From an uncultured Candidatus Saccharibacteria bacterium (GTDB taxonomy: Bacteria; Patescibacteriota; Saccharimonadia; Saccharimonadales; JAGQNK01), in assembly GCA_964636355.1 (NCBI GenBank), contig CAZWRG010000004.1:1-60368 (forward strand): a DNA stretch of 60,368 nt, read 5' to 3'. Each line of letters opens with the position of its first letter. The first letter of the stretch is position 1. Below are positions 1-8,369 of this stretch, piece after piece. Under the pieces are notes generated by a model that saw only the letters and a list, made by a program, of their open reading frames with translations, was not told the DNA's origin and ran no database searches. Made by a program: the position numbers and the translations under genes.

Positions 1-52
1 CAGGACACCCTGCTTAAAAGGCAGGTGCTCTAACCGGCTGAGCTATGGGCCC
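1..52 (-). tRNA. tRNA-Lys(UUU), 5' portion only (3' part lies left of the window edge)
   Basis: Minus strand reads GGGCCCA TA GCTC AGCCGGTTA GAGC A CCTGC CTTTTAA GCAGG GTGTCCTG. The anticodon loop is CU-UUU-AA. The body is nearly identical to tRNA-Lys(CUU) at 53189. Confidence 0.85.
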
Positions 53-124
53 ATAAATTATATGGGTTTCATCGGTTATCTTATTTTTAATGTTCGCTCT
101 TGTCGTCTTGTTTAGCCGATTAGA

Positions 125-178
125 GCAGGTGCTCGATTGTTATTTTGTAGCTTTGCTACGGGGCTGAGCTATGGGCCC
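125..178 (-). pseudogene. tRNA-Lys 5'-half relic (acceptor 5' strand, D-arm with about 25-nt insertion, anticodon-stem 5' strand; no anticodon loop or T-arm)
   Basis: Minus strand GGGCCCATAGCTCAGCCCC[gtagcaaagctacaaaataacaatc]GAGCACCTGC matches the intact tRNA at 52..1, then diverges. Confidence 0.6.
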
Positions 179-324
179 TCGTCAGCGTGTAACGCTTTGG
201 TAACTAATTTGCTGGCAAAACAAGTTTGCCCAGCAAAAGCAGTTACCAAACCTAGCCGCTTCCTCTCAAAATCCCAAACAGCAGCGAGCTGCTTGGTTTG
301 GTATTTTGGATCATAACTGCAGGG
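179..324 (-). ncRNA. Structured tRNA-leader element, copy A (hairpin 1, AGGA-rich linker, long hairpin 2, ACACGCUGACGA tail)
   Basis: Alignable with the copies at 40320-40470(-) and 53060-53188(+). The stems covary and the apical GCAAACUUGUUUUG is conserved. It abuts the tRNA relic. Confidence 0.5.
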
Positions 325-354
325 AAATTAACTCCTTAAATTATCCTTATTTTT

Positions 355-1842
355 GTGAAAAAGTCAATCATAAAAGCTGAGGATCTATCTATTGCTATAA
401 TTAATGTCGTGAAGCAAAAAATAAGATTACAGCGCACCACTTTAATATCTATCAGTTTAGTGGCGTTTTTAAGCGGATTGCTAATAGGCAGTAAAGTCAG
501 CGGTTTGTGGGTGATGTTTGGTCTGCTAACCATACCAATATTGGCCATATTTCTACATAAAAAATCGCTGTTATTTATTTTGCTAGGAGTAATTTTAGGA
601 TTTGGGCTGGGTATGTGGCGCGGCCAAACGGTCCATAAAGATTTAAGCAAATACCAGAACTTTTATAACCGGTCAGTGGAAGTCAGCGGACGAGTAATTA
701 ACGATCCGGTTTATGATGATCAGGGCCGGCTGGATTTTAGGATTGATGGAGTTAGGGTCAATAACTCTAAGCTCCCGGGGCAAATAAGAATCAAAGCGCG
801 GATTAATGATTTAAGACGCGGCGATAGTGTGGTGGCGTCCGGAAAGCTGCTGGATGGTTTTGGGAACTATCAAGCCTCGATGTATTTTGCGGATGTAGCG
901 GTTAAGGCCAGGTCAAAAAGCCCGATAGAAACCGCCCGGCGGGAGTTTTTTGCGGCTGTTTATAGTGTGCTCCCAGAGCCGCAGGCCAGTTTAGGACTGG
1001 GCTTTTTAGTAGGGCTAAGATCGGCTTTGCCGGAGGAATTTGATGAGCAGCTTAGGATTGCCGGACTGACTCATATTGTAGTGGCTTCCGGTTATAACTT
1101 AACTGTGTTGGTGAGGTTGTCGCGGCGGCTGTTGATGAGGTTTTCAAAATATCAGGCACTGATGGGTTCTTTGGCGCTGATTTTTGGATTTGTGCTGGTA
1201 ACTGGCGCTAGTCCTTCGATGGTTAGAGCTAGTGTGGTGACGGTTTTAAGTTTGCTGGCTTGGTATTATGGCCGCCGCTTCCAACCAGTGTTGATAATTT
1301 TATTAGGGGCGGCGTTAACAGCTGGTTTTAATCCGATATTTATTTGGTATGACCTAGGCTGGTGGCTGTCGTTTTTGGCGTTTAGTGGAGTCTTAATTTT
1401 GGCGCCACTTATCAGCATGCGGTTTTGGGCTGATAAATCACCACCGGTTGTGTTGCAGGTGGCGATAGAAACTTCGGCTGCTCAAATTATGGCCACGCCG
1501 CTGATTGTCTTTACCTTTGGCGATGTTTCATTGGTCGCTCTGTTTGCCAATATCGCTGTTGTGCCACTGATTCCGCTAGCAATGATTGGTACATTTATGG
1601 CCGGCGTTACTTATTTGGCGCTCCCGGCGCTAGCCGCCTGGCTGGCTATCCCGGGCCAAATAATTCTAAGCTATATAGTCAGCGTGACGCAGTTTTTCGC
1701 CTCGCCAACTTGGGCAAAAATAAACATAAGTATTGGCGCAATCGGCTTAGGCTTACTCTATTTAGGGGCACTTATCTTAGTATTGCTGCTGGTTAAAAGA
1801 TCAAAATACAGCCTGGGCAATATTCCGTCAGTAGTAGAATAG
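355..1842 (+). CDS. comEC: ComEC/Rec2-type DNA internalisation channel protein, short form without a C-terminal metallo-beta-lactamase domain
   Basis: 495-aa polytopic membrane ORF with a GTG start. The block GLGFLVGLRSALPEEFDEQLRIAGLTHIVVASGYNLTVL is typical of the ComEC competence domain. Confidence 0.8.
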   Translation: MKKSIIKAEDLSIAIINVVKQKIRLQRTTLISISLVAFLSGLLIGSKVSGLWVMFGLLTIPILAIFLHKKSLLFILLGVILGFGLGMWRGQTVHKDLSKYQNFYNRSVEVSGRVINDPVYDDQGRLDFRIDGVRVNNSKLPGQIRIKARINDLRRGDSVVASGKLLDGFGNYQASMYFADVAVKARSKSPIETARREFFAAVYSVLPEPQASLGLGFLVGLRSALPEEFDEQLRIAGLTHIVVASGYNLTVLVRLSRRLLMRFSKYQALMGSLALIFGFVLVTGASPSMVRASVVTVLSLLAWYYGRRFQPVLIILLGAALTAGFNPIFIWYDLGWWLSFLAFSGVLILAPLISMRFWADKSPPVVLQVAIETSAAQIMATPLIVFTFGDVSLVALFANIAVVPLIPLAMIGTFMAGVTYLALPALAAWLAIPGQIILSYIVSVTQFFASPTWAKINISIGAIGLGLLYLGALILVLLLVKRSKYSLGNIPSVVE

Positions 1843-1912
1843 AAAAATTAAAATAACAGGGGTGATGTGTTATAATTAAATTCAATATAAGTGATTACAA
1901 AATGGAGTTTTT

Positions 1913-2653
1913 GTGGCGGGACATAGCAAATGGTCAAAAATCAAGCGCGGCAAAGCAGTGGAAGATGCTAAACGCGGCGCTATCTTTACTAAATTAGGTA
2001 ATGCCATAGCCGTGGCTGCCAAGGGTGGTGCTGATCCGGATATGAACTTTGCGCTTCGGCTGGCAATTGACCGCGCCAAAGCCGCTAACATGCCAGCGGC
2101 TAATATTCAGCGTTCGATTGATCGCGGTAGCGGCAAACTAGGCGGCGAGCAAATCCAAGAAGTAATGTATGAGGGCTATGGCCCCGGCGGAGTGGCAATC
2201 TTGGTAGAGTGCGCCACGGATAACATCAACCGTACTTATCCAGAGGTGAGGCTGGCTTTTTCTAAACACGGCGGCAGTATCGCCGAAAAAGGGGCCGTGG
2301 CTTTTCAGTTTGAACACAAGGGCATGATTAGGGTGCCGGGCGGCGGTGATGATTTAATGATGCAGGCGCTGGAAGCTGGCGCTGAGGATATGGTTGAGGA
2401 CGGTGATGAATCGATTATCTATACTGAAAAAACCGATCTAGCCAAGGTTCGTGACTCATTAAAAGAAGCTGGTGTTGAAATCCTAGAAGCTGAGCTTACT
2501 TTTGTGCCTAATAACACCGTAGAAGTAACTGATGCAGCAACTGCCGGCAAAATCATGCGAGTTATGGACGCTCTGGAGGATCTGGATGATGTCACCGCTA
2601 CGCACACTAATTTTGATATTTCAGAGGAAATTTTAGCCAAACTGGCAGTTTGA
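1913..2653 (+). CDS. YebC/PmpR family DNA-binding transcriptional regulator
   Basis: N-terminus (M)AGHSKWSKIKRGKAVEDAKRG and the overall 246-aa layout are diagnostic. GTG start preceded by GGAG. Confidence 0.95.
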   Translation: MAGHSKWSKIKRGKAVEDAKRGAIFTKLGNAIAVAAKGGADPDMNFALRLAIDRAKAANMPAANIQRSIDRGSGKLGGEQIQEVMYEGYGPGGVAILVECATDNINRTYPEVRLAFSKHGGSIAEKGAVAFQFEHKGMIRVPGGGDDLMMQALEAGAEDMVEDGDESIIYTEKTDLAKVRDSLKEAGVEILEAELTFVPNNTVEVTDAATAGKIMRVMDALEDLDDVTATHTNFDISEEILAKLAV

Positions 2654-2722
2654 AATATTTTACTTACATAATCGGTTATGCTTAAATGTTATAAAGTTAT
2701 AAATATGAAGGATGAAGTAATT

Positions 2723-3322
2723 ATGACAAATAAATACCTGAAAATTAAAGTATTGGCTATTGCTATGTTGGTTTTTTTGGTAGCTCCACTGTCAGTACAA
2801 GCAGCAGTTGATTCCGGCACTACCACTGTAAATGCTAATCTTGGCTCGACAATTAGCTTAACCACAGCTGGTCCAGTCACCCTAAACGTAACACCAGTAG
2901 CTGGCGGCTCTCAGACCAGCGCCTCGGACACAGTTTCGGTTTCAACCAACAACTCCACTGGGTACAACCTAACCATAGAAAACAGTGATGCCAACACTGG
3001 ATTGGTAAATGGCAGTGATGAAATTGACGCTCACGCCGGAAATTTTGCTTCTCCAAGTGCTCTTGCGAATAATTCCTGGGGTTATGCTGTGGCTGGGACT
3101 GGGTCTTTTGACGGCAGCTACTCGGCTTTGGATAACGTAACAAGCAGCGCAAGTTTATGGGCAGGCATACCAGCTAACGGAGATGGCGACACCATAAAGA
3201 CTACTGCCGACACCGCCTCTGGCGACAATACAACCGTCTGGTTTTCAGTGAAAGCTGATACCTCCAAGCCTAACGGAACCTACACAGATACTGTTACTTA
3301 TACGGCCACAACTAACAACTAG
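2723..3322 (+). CDS. Secreted beta-rich surface protein, WxL-domain-like (paralog of 8636..9271)
   Basis: Signal peptide MTNKYLKIKVLAIAMLVFLVAPLSVQA and Thr/Ser/Asn-rich composition. It shares the blocks GYNLTIE and C-terminal G.Y..TVTYTA with 8636..9271. The ORF runs from 2678, but ATG 2723 follows AGGA. Confidence 0.45.
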   Translation: MTNKYLKIKVLAIAMLVFLVAPLSVQAAVDSGTTTVNANLGSTISLTTAGPVTLNVTPVAGGSQTSASDTVSVSTNNSTGYNLTIENSDANTGLVNGSDEIDAHAGNFASPSALANNSWGYAVAGTGSFDGSYSALDNVTSSASLWAGIPANGDGDTIKTTADTASGDNTTVWFSVKADTSKPNGTYTDTVTYTATTNN

Positions 3323-3388
3323 TTAGTCTCTTACCAATTAACATTAAGTTATAATTCTAAAGTCAGTACATATTAGGTAAGGGGGTTT

Positions 3389-4315
3389 ATGAAAAGATTA
3401 CTGGTGTTAATTGCGGCTGTTTTTGGGGTGGTTGGCTTACTGGCGCCAATTGATAGATCATTAGCGCAGAGTAGTAGCGAAGAAAGAATTACTTTGTCGC
3501 CGGCTATTTCGCGGCCCGAACTAGAGGCTGGGCAGACGGCCGAGGGTAAATTGACGGTTATCAATGACGGCGATGTGCCTTATACGTTTGTTTTGTATGC
3601 CAGGCCTTTTTCTGTAAAAAGCGAGACCTACGAGCCTGATTATACTGAGCTAAATGAACGGACCGAAGCCTATCAATGGGTGCAATTTGAAAAAACTCGA
3701 CTAGATCTGCAGCCGAATCAAAGAACTGAGATTGCCTATACGATGACTGTTCCAGAAAATGCTACGCCAGGTGGGCATTATGCTGTGTTGTTTGCTGAAA
3801 CTCAGCCGCCTGAGGATGATCAGTCAAGCGTAGCTCGTAAAAAAAGAGTCGGCTCGCTTTTGTACATCACTGTCAGCGGCGATCTGGTGCACAATGGCAG
3901 TCTAGCTAGCTGGGAGGTTGATAATTTTCAAACTAAATCTCCGGTAGCAAGCTTAGTTAGAATCGAAAACAGTGGTAATGTGCATTTTGTGGCTAACGCC
4001 TCCGTAACTTACAGCAATTTATTTGGCAAAAAGCAATTTGAACACAATCAGGAAATGATAATTTTGCCAGGCACCACCAGGCGACTTACAATAAACTGGA
4101 ATGAACCACCGCTGTTTGGGATCTACAAAGCTTCGGGCAGTGTTGATTTTTTGGATAAAACTGAAAATCTGGAAGACAAGTGGATAATTTACATCCCAAC
4201 ATCAGTTTTGTGGGCCATTGGCGGCTTGATTGCGGCAATAATTGTTGTGCTGTCAGCCAAACGACATATAAAGAAAAAATCTAACAAAAAAGACTCGGAT
4301 GAGGCGGGGCAATAG
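3389..4315 (+). CDS. Cell-surface protein with two beta-sandwich domains and a C-terminal TM anchor plus Lys-rich tail (DUF916/DUF3324, CscA-like architecture)
   Basis: Signal peptide and a strong SD (AAGGGGG). Motifs seen are TLSPAISRPELEAGQTAEGKLTVINDG and ATPGGHYAVLFAE, plus a second domain with an N.G.N.. pattern. The C-terminus is ...AIGGLIAAIIVVLSAKRHIKKKSNKK. Confidence 0.45.
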   Translation: MKRLLVLIAAVFGVVGLLAPIDRSLAQSSSEERITLSPAISRPELEAGQTAEGKLTVINDGDVPYTFVLYARPFSVKSETYEPDYTELNERTEAYQWVQFEKTRLDLQPNQRTEIAYTMTVPENATPGGHYAVLFAETQPPEDDQSSVARKKRVGSLLYITVSGDLVHNGSLASWEVDNFQTKSPVASLVRIENSGNVHFVANASVTYSNLFGKKQFEHNQEMIILPGTTRRLTINWNEPPLFGIYKASGSVDFLDKTENLEDKWIIYIPTSVLWAIGGLIAAIIVVLSAKRHIKKKSNKKDSDEAGQ

Positions 4316-5096
4316 ATTAATTGTTGGCTTATTAGCAAGTCTTAGCTTGCTGGTAATGATTGGCTTTTTGGTTGGTTCGACGAAGGCTCAAAATAACATC
4401 ATCAGGACAATTTTATGTGATACTAACTCTACGCCGATTGTAACGGTCTTAGATCCGCAGTCTGATAGTCTGGTTGATCAGCCGCTTATAAATGTTAGCG
4501 GTCAAACTGAACAGACAACCCAAATTGACATTTTTGTAAACGATGCCTATTCAAGCTCGGTAGCTGTTGAGCCTAGCGGCAGTTTCGCAGTTAATGTTCC
4601 GCTGGCAAAAGGCAATAACACAATCCGGCTGGACGCATATTTTAGCTGTAACCAAAATAGTGCGTCAGAAGTTTTAATAATAACTTATGAGCCTAAAGTT
4701 CAGCCTTCAGAGGGGGCTGATACGGATACCGATATAGAGTACCAGCCCGATACCACCAGCCAGCATTCAGAACGGCCCATCAATCCGTCCAGCGACCAGC
4801 CAGGCGTCTCCAAAGATGACGGTCTTTACCAAAAAATAAGAGAAAAACTATTTATTCAGCCAGATGATAATCTATCAGGATCTACCTTCAGGCGAGCCGC
4901 CAGCCCAATCATAAACTGGGCTGGAGTGATTACTTTGTTATCTTTGGTGGTGTCACTTGGTTTTCCGGCATTTGCACTAGCCGCCCTAGGCTTAAAAACC
5001 CACAGTACTATCCTAGGGATCAGCTCGGTGAAATTCATTAGAATTATCAGTGTTTTGGCCGGTCTTTTAATTCTGGTAGGACTGTTGATTCTGTAG
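4299..5096 (+). CDS. Membrane-anchored Ig-like-domain surface protein (hypothetical)
   Basis: Signal/anchor MRRGNRLIVGLLASLSLLVMIGFLVGSTKAQ, a beta-rich middle section and two C-terminal TM helices. It overlaps the upstream gene by 17 nt, consistent with an operon. Confidence 0.4.
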   Translation: MRRGNRLIVGLLASLSLLVMIGFLVGSTKAQNNIIRTILCDTNSTPIVTVLDPQSDSLVDQPLINVSGQTEQTTQIDIFVNDAYSSSVAVEPSGSFAVNVPLAKGNNTIRLDAYFSCNQNSASEVLIITYEPKVQPSEGADTDTDIEYQPDTTSQHSERPINPSSDQPGVSKDDGLYQKIREKLFIQPDDNLSGSTFRRAASPIINWAGVITLLSLVVSLGFPAFALAALGLKTHSTILGISSVKFIRIISVLAGLLILVGLLIL

Positions 5097-5110
5097 GATT
5101 CTAGTGTCCA

Positions 5111-5845
5111 TCAAATAGCGATAGCATACTCGCTGGAGACCCAGCTTTTAAAATCACTCCACTTTAGATGTGTCCGAATATCGCCTGAGGCAATTCCCAA
5201 AAAAGCCAGATGAAAATTTACAGTGTGGGGTCCACTGGCGTTATATCCGCCGCCTACTATAAGCCCATTTAGGGCTTGGGTGCCGGCATTGCCAGTAGCT
5301 AAAGAAATTCCATCAAGTTCTAGAGCGCTGCCGGTGGTGTTGAAGAACGACACCAAACAATGCTTAGAAGTATCAATCGTTCCGCCAGCAACCTCAGTGG
5401 TGGCGGCCATGCTCCAACTGCTTAGTCTTTTTCTGACAATCTGCCGATTACCAGTGAAGCCGTCGATATAGTTATCTGTGGTGCCATCATTTGTGAGGTT
5501 TTGAAATATCATTACAATACTGTCGGGCTGAGACAGAGACCCAAAAATTGTATTTGAGCACTGTAGGCTCTGAGTGTTGAACTCCACAGTTGGTTTGTTA
5601 TTGATTGCAGCGGTTGATGATCTGAATATTGGTTGGCTTGTCTCAGTGGCTTGAGTTAGGTGCCGTCCATTGCCGCTGGCATCATTCCAGCTGGCGACTT
5701 TAGCGCCGTTAGCTGGCGGCGTCCAATTAGGATCTCCTGTCCAGTAGGCTGCATGCCAGCCCATGTCACTTATCGGGTTGAACGGAGGTGGTGTGGGGGC
5801 CTCGCCTGGTTTGGCGCCAGCAATAATTGCATTTAATAATGTCAT
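5111..5845 (-). CDS. LamG/concanavalin-A-like lectin domain protein
   Basis: The block VASWNDASGNGRHLTQATETSQPIFRSS...NNKPTVEFN is typical of LamG-type jelly-roll proteins. ATG 5845 overlaps the upstream stop as ATGA, indicating translational coupling. The longer ORF from 5875 is rejected. Confidence 0.55.
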   Translation of the reverse strand: MTLLNAIIAGAKPGEAPTPPPFNPISDMGWHAAYWTGDPNWTPPANGAKVASWNDASGNGRHLTQATETSQPIFRSSTAAINNKPTVEFNTQSLQCSNTIFGSLSQPDSIVMIFQNLTNDGTTDNYIDGFTGNRQIVRKRLSSWSMAATTEVAGGTIDTSKHCLVSFFNTTGSALELDGISLATGNAGTQALNGLIVGGGYNASGPHTVNFHLAFLGIASGDIRTHLKWSDFKSWVSSEYAIAI

Positions 5846-8295
5846 GCTTCTAGGGTGGCTCCGATTAGATCCCACTCGTCAGTCGCTACTTTTATAAGCG
5901 CTGCATCACCTGCTAGGGTCAAGCTTCCGCCGCTTGGCGGGTTTACGGTTACCGCTGAATCTTCGACGATCGTGTAAACGCCAGTGCCAGCCGAACGTAA
6001 GTAGATTTGGGTTCCAACCGGAATCGGATCATCTGAATTATCAGGAACAGTTATGTCACATTCTGTGGCATTTGTTAGGCGTATGTAATCCCAGGCATCG
6101 CTGGTCGCTAGGGTCCGCGCAGAGCCTGATTCGGTTATGACGCTTGGCTTTGGTATCGATGAAGATCCACCGCCACCACCAGAATCTAGCGGCAGAGCGG
6201 TAACTATCCATTCATTGGTAGCTCGCTTATGAAGCATCAGGCTAGCATATTGCCCAGCGGTTTCCAGATTGTTGTCATAAGCATTTAATGTCACTCCGGT
6301 GTCTGGCTGTAGGCTGACTTGTCCTGTGCCGAATTGGTTGATATAGACAACCGAACCAATAGGAAATTCAACAGAAGAATTAGATGGTACAGTTATTGTT
6401 TGCGCAGACAAACTGTTACCCTCAATTGTTACGCTTTGGTCTTCTATCACTAGGGAGTAGGCAGCGTCGGTGACGGTTTTTATGGGGCGTATTGCTCGTA
6501 TGGAACCGGAACCTCTGTTTATTGATATCTGCCCTGGAGCCTCACGCCAAATAATAACATCCATCTGATTTGAGCCATCACCAAGCCCGATCGAAGACGA
6601 TTCAAATTGTGAAAGAAAGCTATTTACAGCTGGGTTGCCTATGGAGAAGTACTGAGCAGTATTAGAGTTGATATTGAAGGTTGGGGCGCCGAAGAAAGAG
6701 CCTATTTCTACGCTTCCGCCTGCTTGTGTCCAGGTCTTTGTAGAGGAGTTCAACGATGTTTCTGCTGAAGCTACCCTTTGTTCTAGAAAAGCGTAATTTC
6801 TGTAGGCTTTACCTATAGGGTCGCCGTTTATTACCGAAAACACATGTTGAGCGATTATATTAGTCAGGCCGCCTGTAGGGTGTACGTGGTCGGTGCTTAA
6901 GGGTGTGCCTTCGGGGTTGGCGGCCGCACTAAAATCACCTAGTGCTACCGAGGCATCGATTAGCCCAACTTCAAGAGCGTCACTTAATTCTCTACCAAGT
7001 GCTGCTTCGGCTCGGCTGAAGACGTTATTTATATAGGGCACCCATAAGGCTATATCACTGGATGTTCGTGTGCGGACCTCTCCAATCAGTGTAGAGACTT
7101 TGGTTATGTACTCTGATGGGTCAGAGACCGATCCATCGTTGGTTCCAGTGGCTACAATAACAAGATCGGGGTCCAGGTTTTCGACTAAATCTAGCCCAAG
7201 CGAGGGGTTGTCGGTGAATCCACTAGATTGAATTCCAGATCTGCCGACTGACCAAACCCTAACGCCCCTAGAAAGCGTGCCGGAATGAAAGTAAATGCCT
7301 TCTAGGATTACAGTTTCACTCCCGCTACATACGGCTGTTAAGTGAATTTGTCGGCTAGAATAAGCAAGTTCATCAGATGTCCACATTAACGACGATTTCT
7401 GGGCGCCAGATGTATCTATGGTTGTAAGTAGGGTGCCGCTCGGGCCTCCATCCCTGACTTCTATCTTGCCACCAAGTGGTTGCCTGGTATATATCACGGT
7501 AATAGCATCGTAGGCATAGGATTGAGACGCAACTTGACCGTTAGACATGGTTACTGAGTAGCCACCAGCTCCGACAGTTGATGATTGAACACCTTCAGCG
7601 GTTGATAATGTTGGTATACCGCCGCCTGCTTTGGCGTAATAGAAACTACCAGCAGTTGAGCGGGTAGCGCCTAGTGGGGTTGTCAGGGGAATTAATTTAT
7701 TGGGCCAAGAGCCAAGTACGGAGATAGAATCTCCGACTACCACAATATCTACAGGGCTAGAAGGCGCATTATTTAGGGCATTAAACCAGTTGTCCAGATA
7801 TTTGGCTCTAAAACCGCTACTTCCAGCAGCGGTTGATTTCGAGACGATATCCCCAAGAGTATAGTCCACATAAGATTTGGTGGCGGCATCAGCGTCGTTG
7901 GTGGTGGTGCCAAGGTTCGTGACCTGGCTGCCGCCCATGTTTAAGTTGCCGCTCATGGTATCGCCAGCTTTTAATAATCGATTGTCTAGTGCCGTTTGAG
8001 TGGCGCTAGAAATGGGTTTATCAACATCAGAGGTATTATCTACATTGTCGAGCCCTACGCTGGATTTGTCGATATCAAGCTCAGAGGCCGGAACCTTACC
8101 GTTACTATCCAGCGACGCATAACCGTTTGGCTGGCCTTTCTCAGATGTTAATTGACCGCCAGCATCACTAATTGCCTCTGGTTTTAGTTTTCCGCCATTC
8201 GGTTCAGAGGAAGTATCAAGAGATACTTCCAAAAATTCGTTGAGGATATCTCCCCATTCATTATCATCGCCACCAGGTTCCGGAAGTCTTGGCAT
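5842..8295 (-). CDS. Phage-tail-fibre-like protein with an internal SGNH/GDSL hydrolase domain and two C-terminal beta-sandwich repeats
   Basis: The N-terminus carries tail-fibre motifs GLDNVDNTSDVDKPISSATQTALDNRL and GDTMSGNLNMGG...AATKSYVD. SGNH blocks are VVVGDSIS, ATGTNDG and DHVHPT. No signal peptide is visible. Confidence 0.6.
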   Translation of the reverse strand: MPRLPEPGGDDNEWGDILNEFLEVSLDTSSEPNGGKLKPEAISDAGGQLTSEKGQPNGYASLDSNGKVPASELDIDKSSVGLDNVDNTSDVDKPISSATQTALDNRLLKAGDTMSGNLNMGGSQVTNLGTTTNDADAATKSYVDYTLGDIVSKSTAAGSSGFRAKYLDNWFNALNNAPSSPVDIVVVGDSISVLGSWPNKLIPLTTPLGATRSTAGSFYYAKAGGGIPTLSTAEGVQSSTVGAGGYSVTMSNGQVASQSYAYDAITVIYTRQPLGGKIEVRDGGPSGTLLTTIDTSGAQKSSLMWTSDELAYSSRQIHLTAVCSGSETVILEGIYFHSGTLSRGVRVWSVGRSGIQSSGFTDNPSLGLDLVENLDPDLVIVATGTNDGSVSDPSEYITKVSTLIGEVRTRTSSDIALWVPYINNVFSRAEAALGRELSDALEVGLIDASVALGDFSAAANPEGTPLSTDHVHPTGGLTNIIAQHVFSVINGDPIGKAYRNYAFLEQRVASAETSLNSSTKTWTQAGGSVEIGSFFGAPTFNINSNTAQYFSIGNPAVNSFLSQFESSSIGLGDGSNQMDVIIWREAPGQISINRGSGSIRAIRPIKTVTDAAYSLVIEDQSVTIEGNSLSAQTITVPSNSSVEFPIGSVVYINQFGTGQVSLQPDTGVTLNAYDNNLETAGQYASLMLHKRATNEWIVTALPLDSGGGGGSSSIPKPSVITESGSARTLATSDAWDYIRLTNATECDITVPDNSDDPIPVGTQIYLRSAGTGVYTIVEDSAVTVNPPSGGSLTLAGDAALIKVATDEWDLIGATLEA

Positions 8296-8369
8296 TTTTG
8301 TTACCTTTAATCATTAGAGGTATTATAACAGATAGAAAGGCGGCTAATAAACAAAACCGTCATCGGCAG

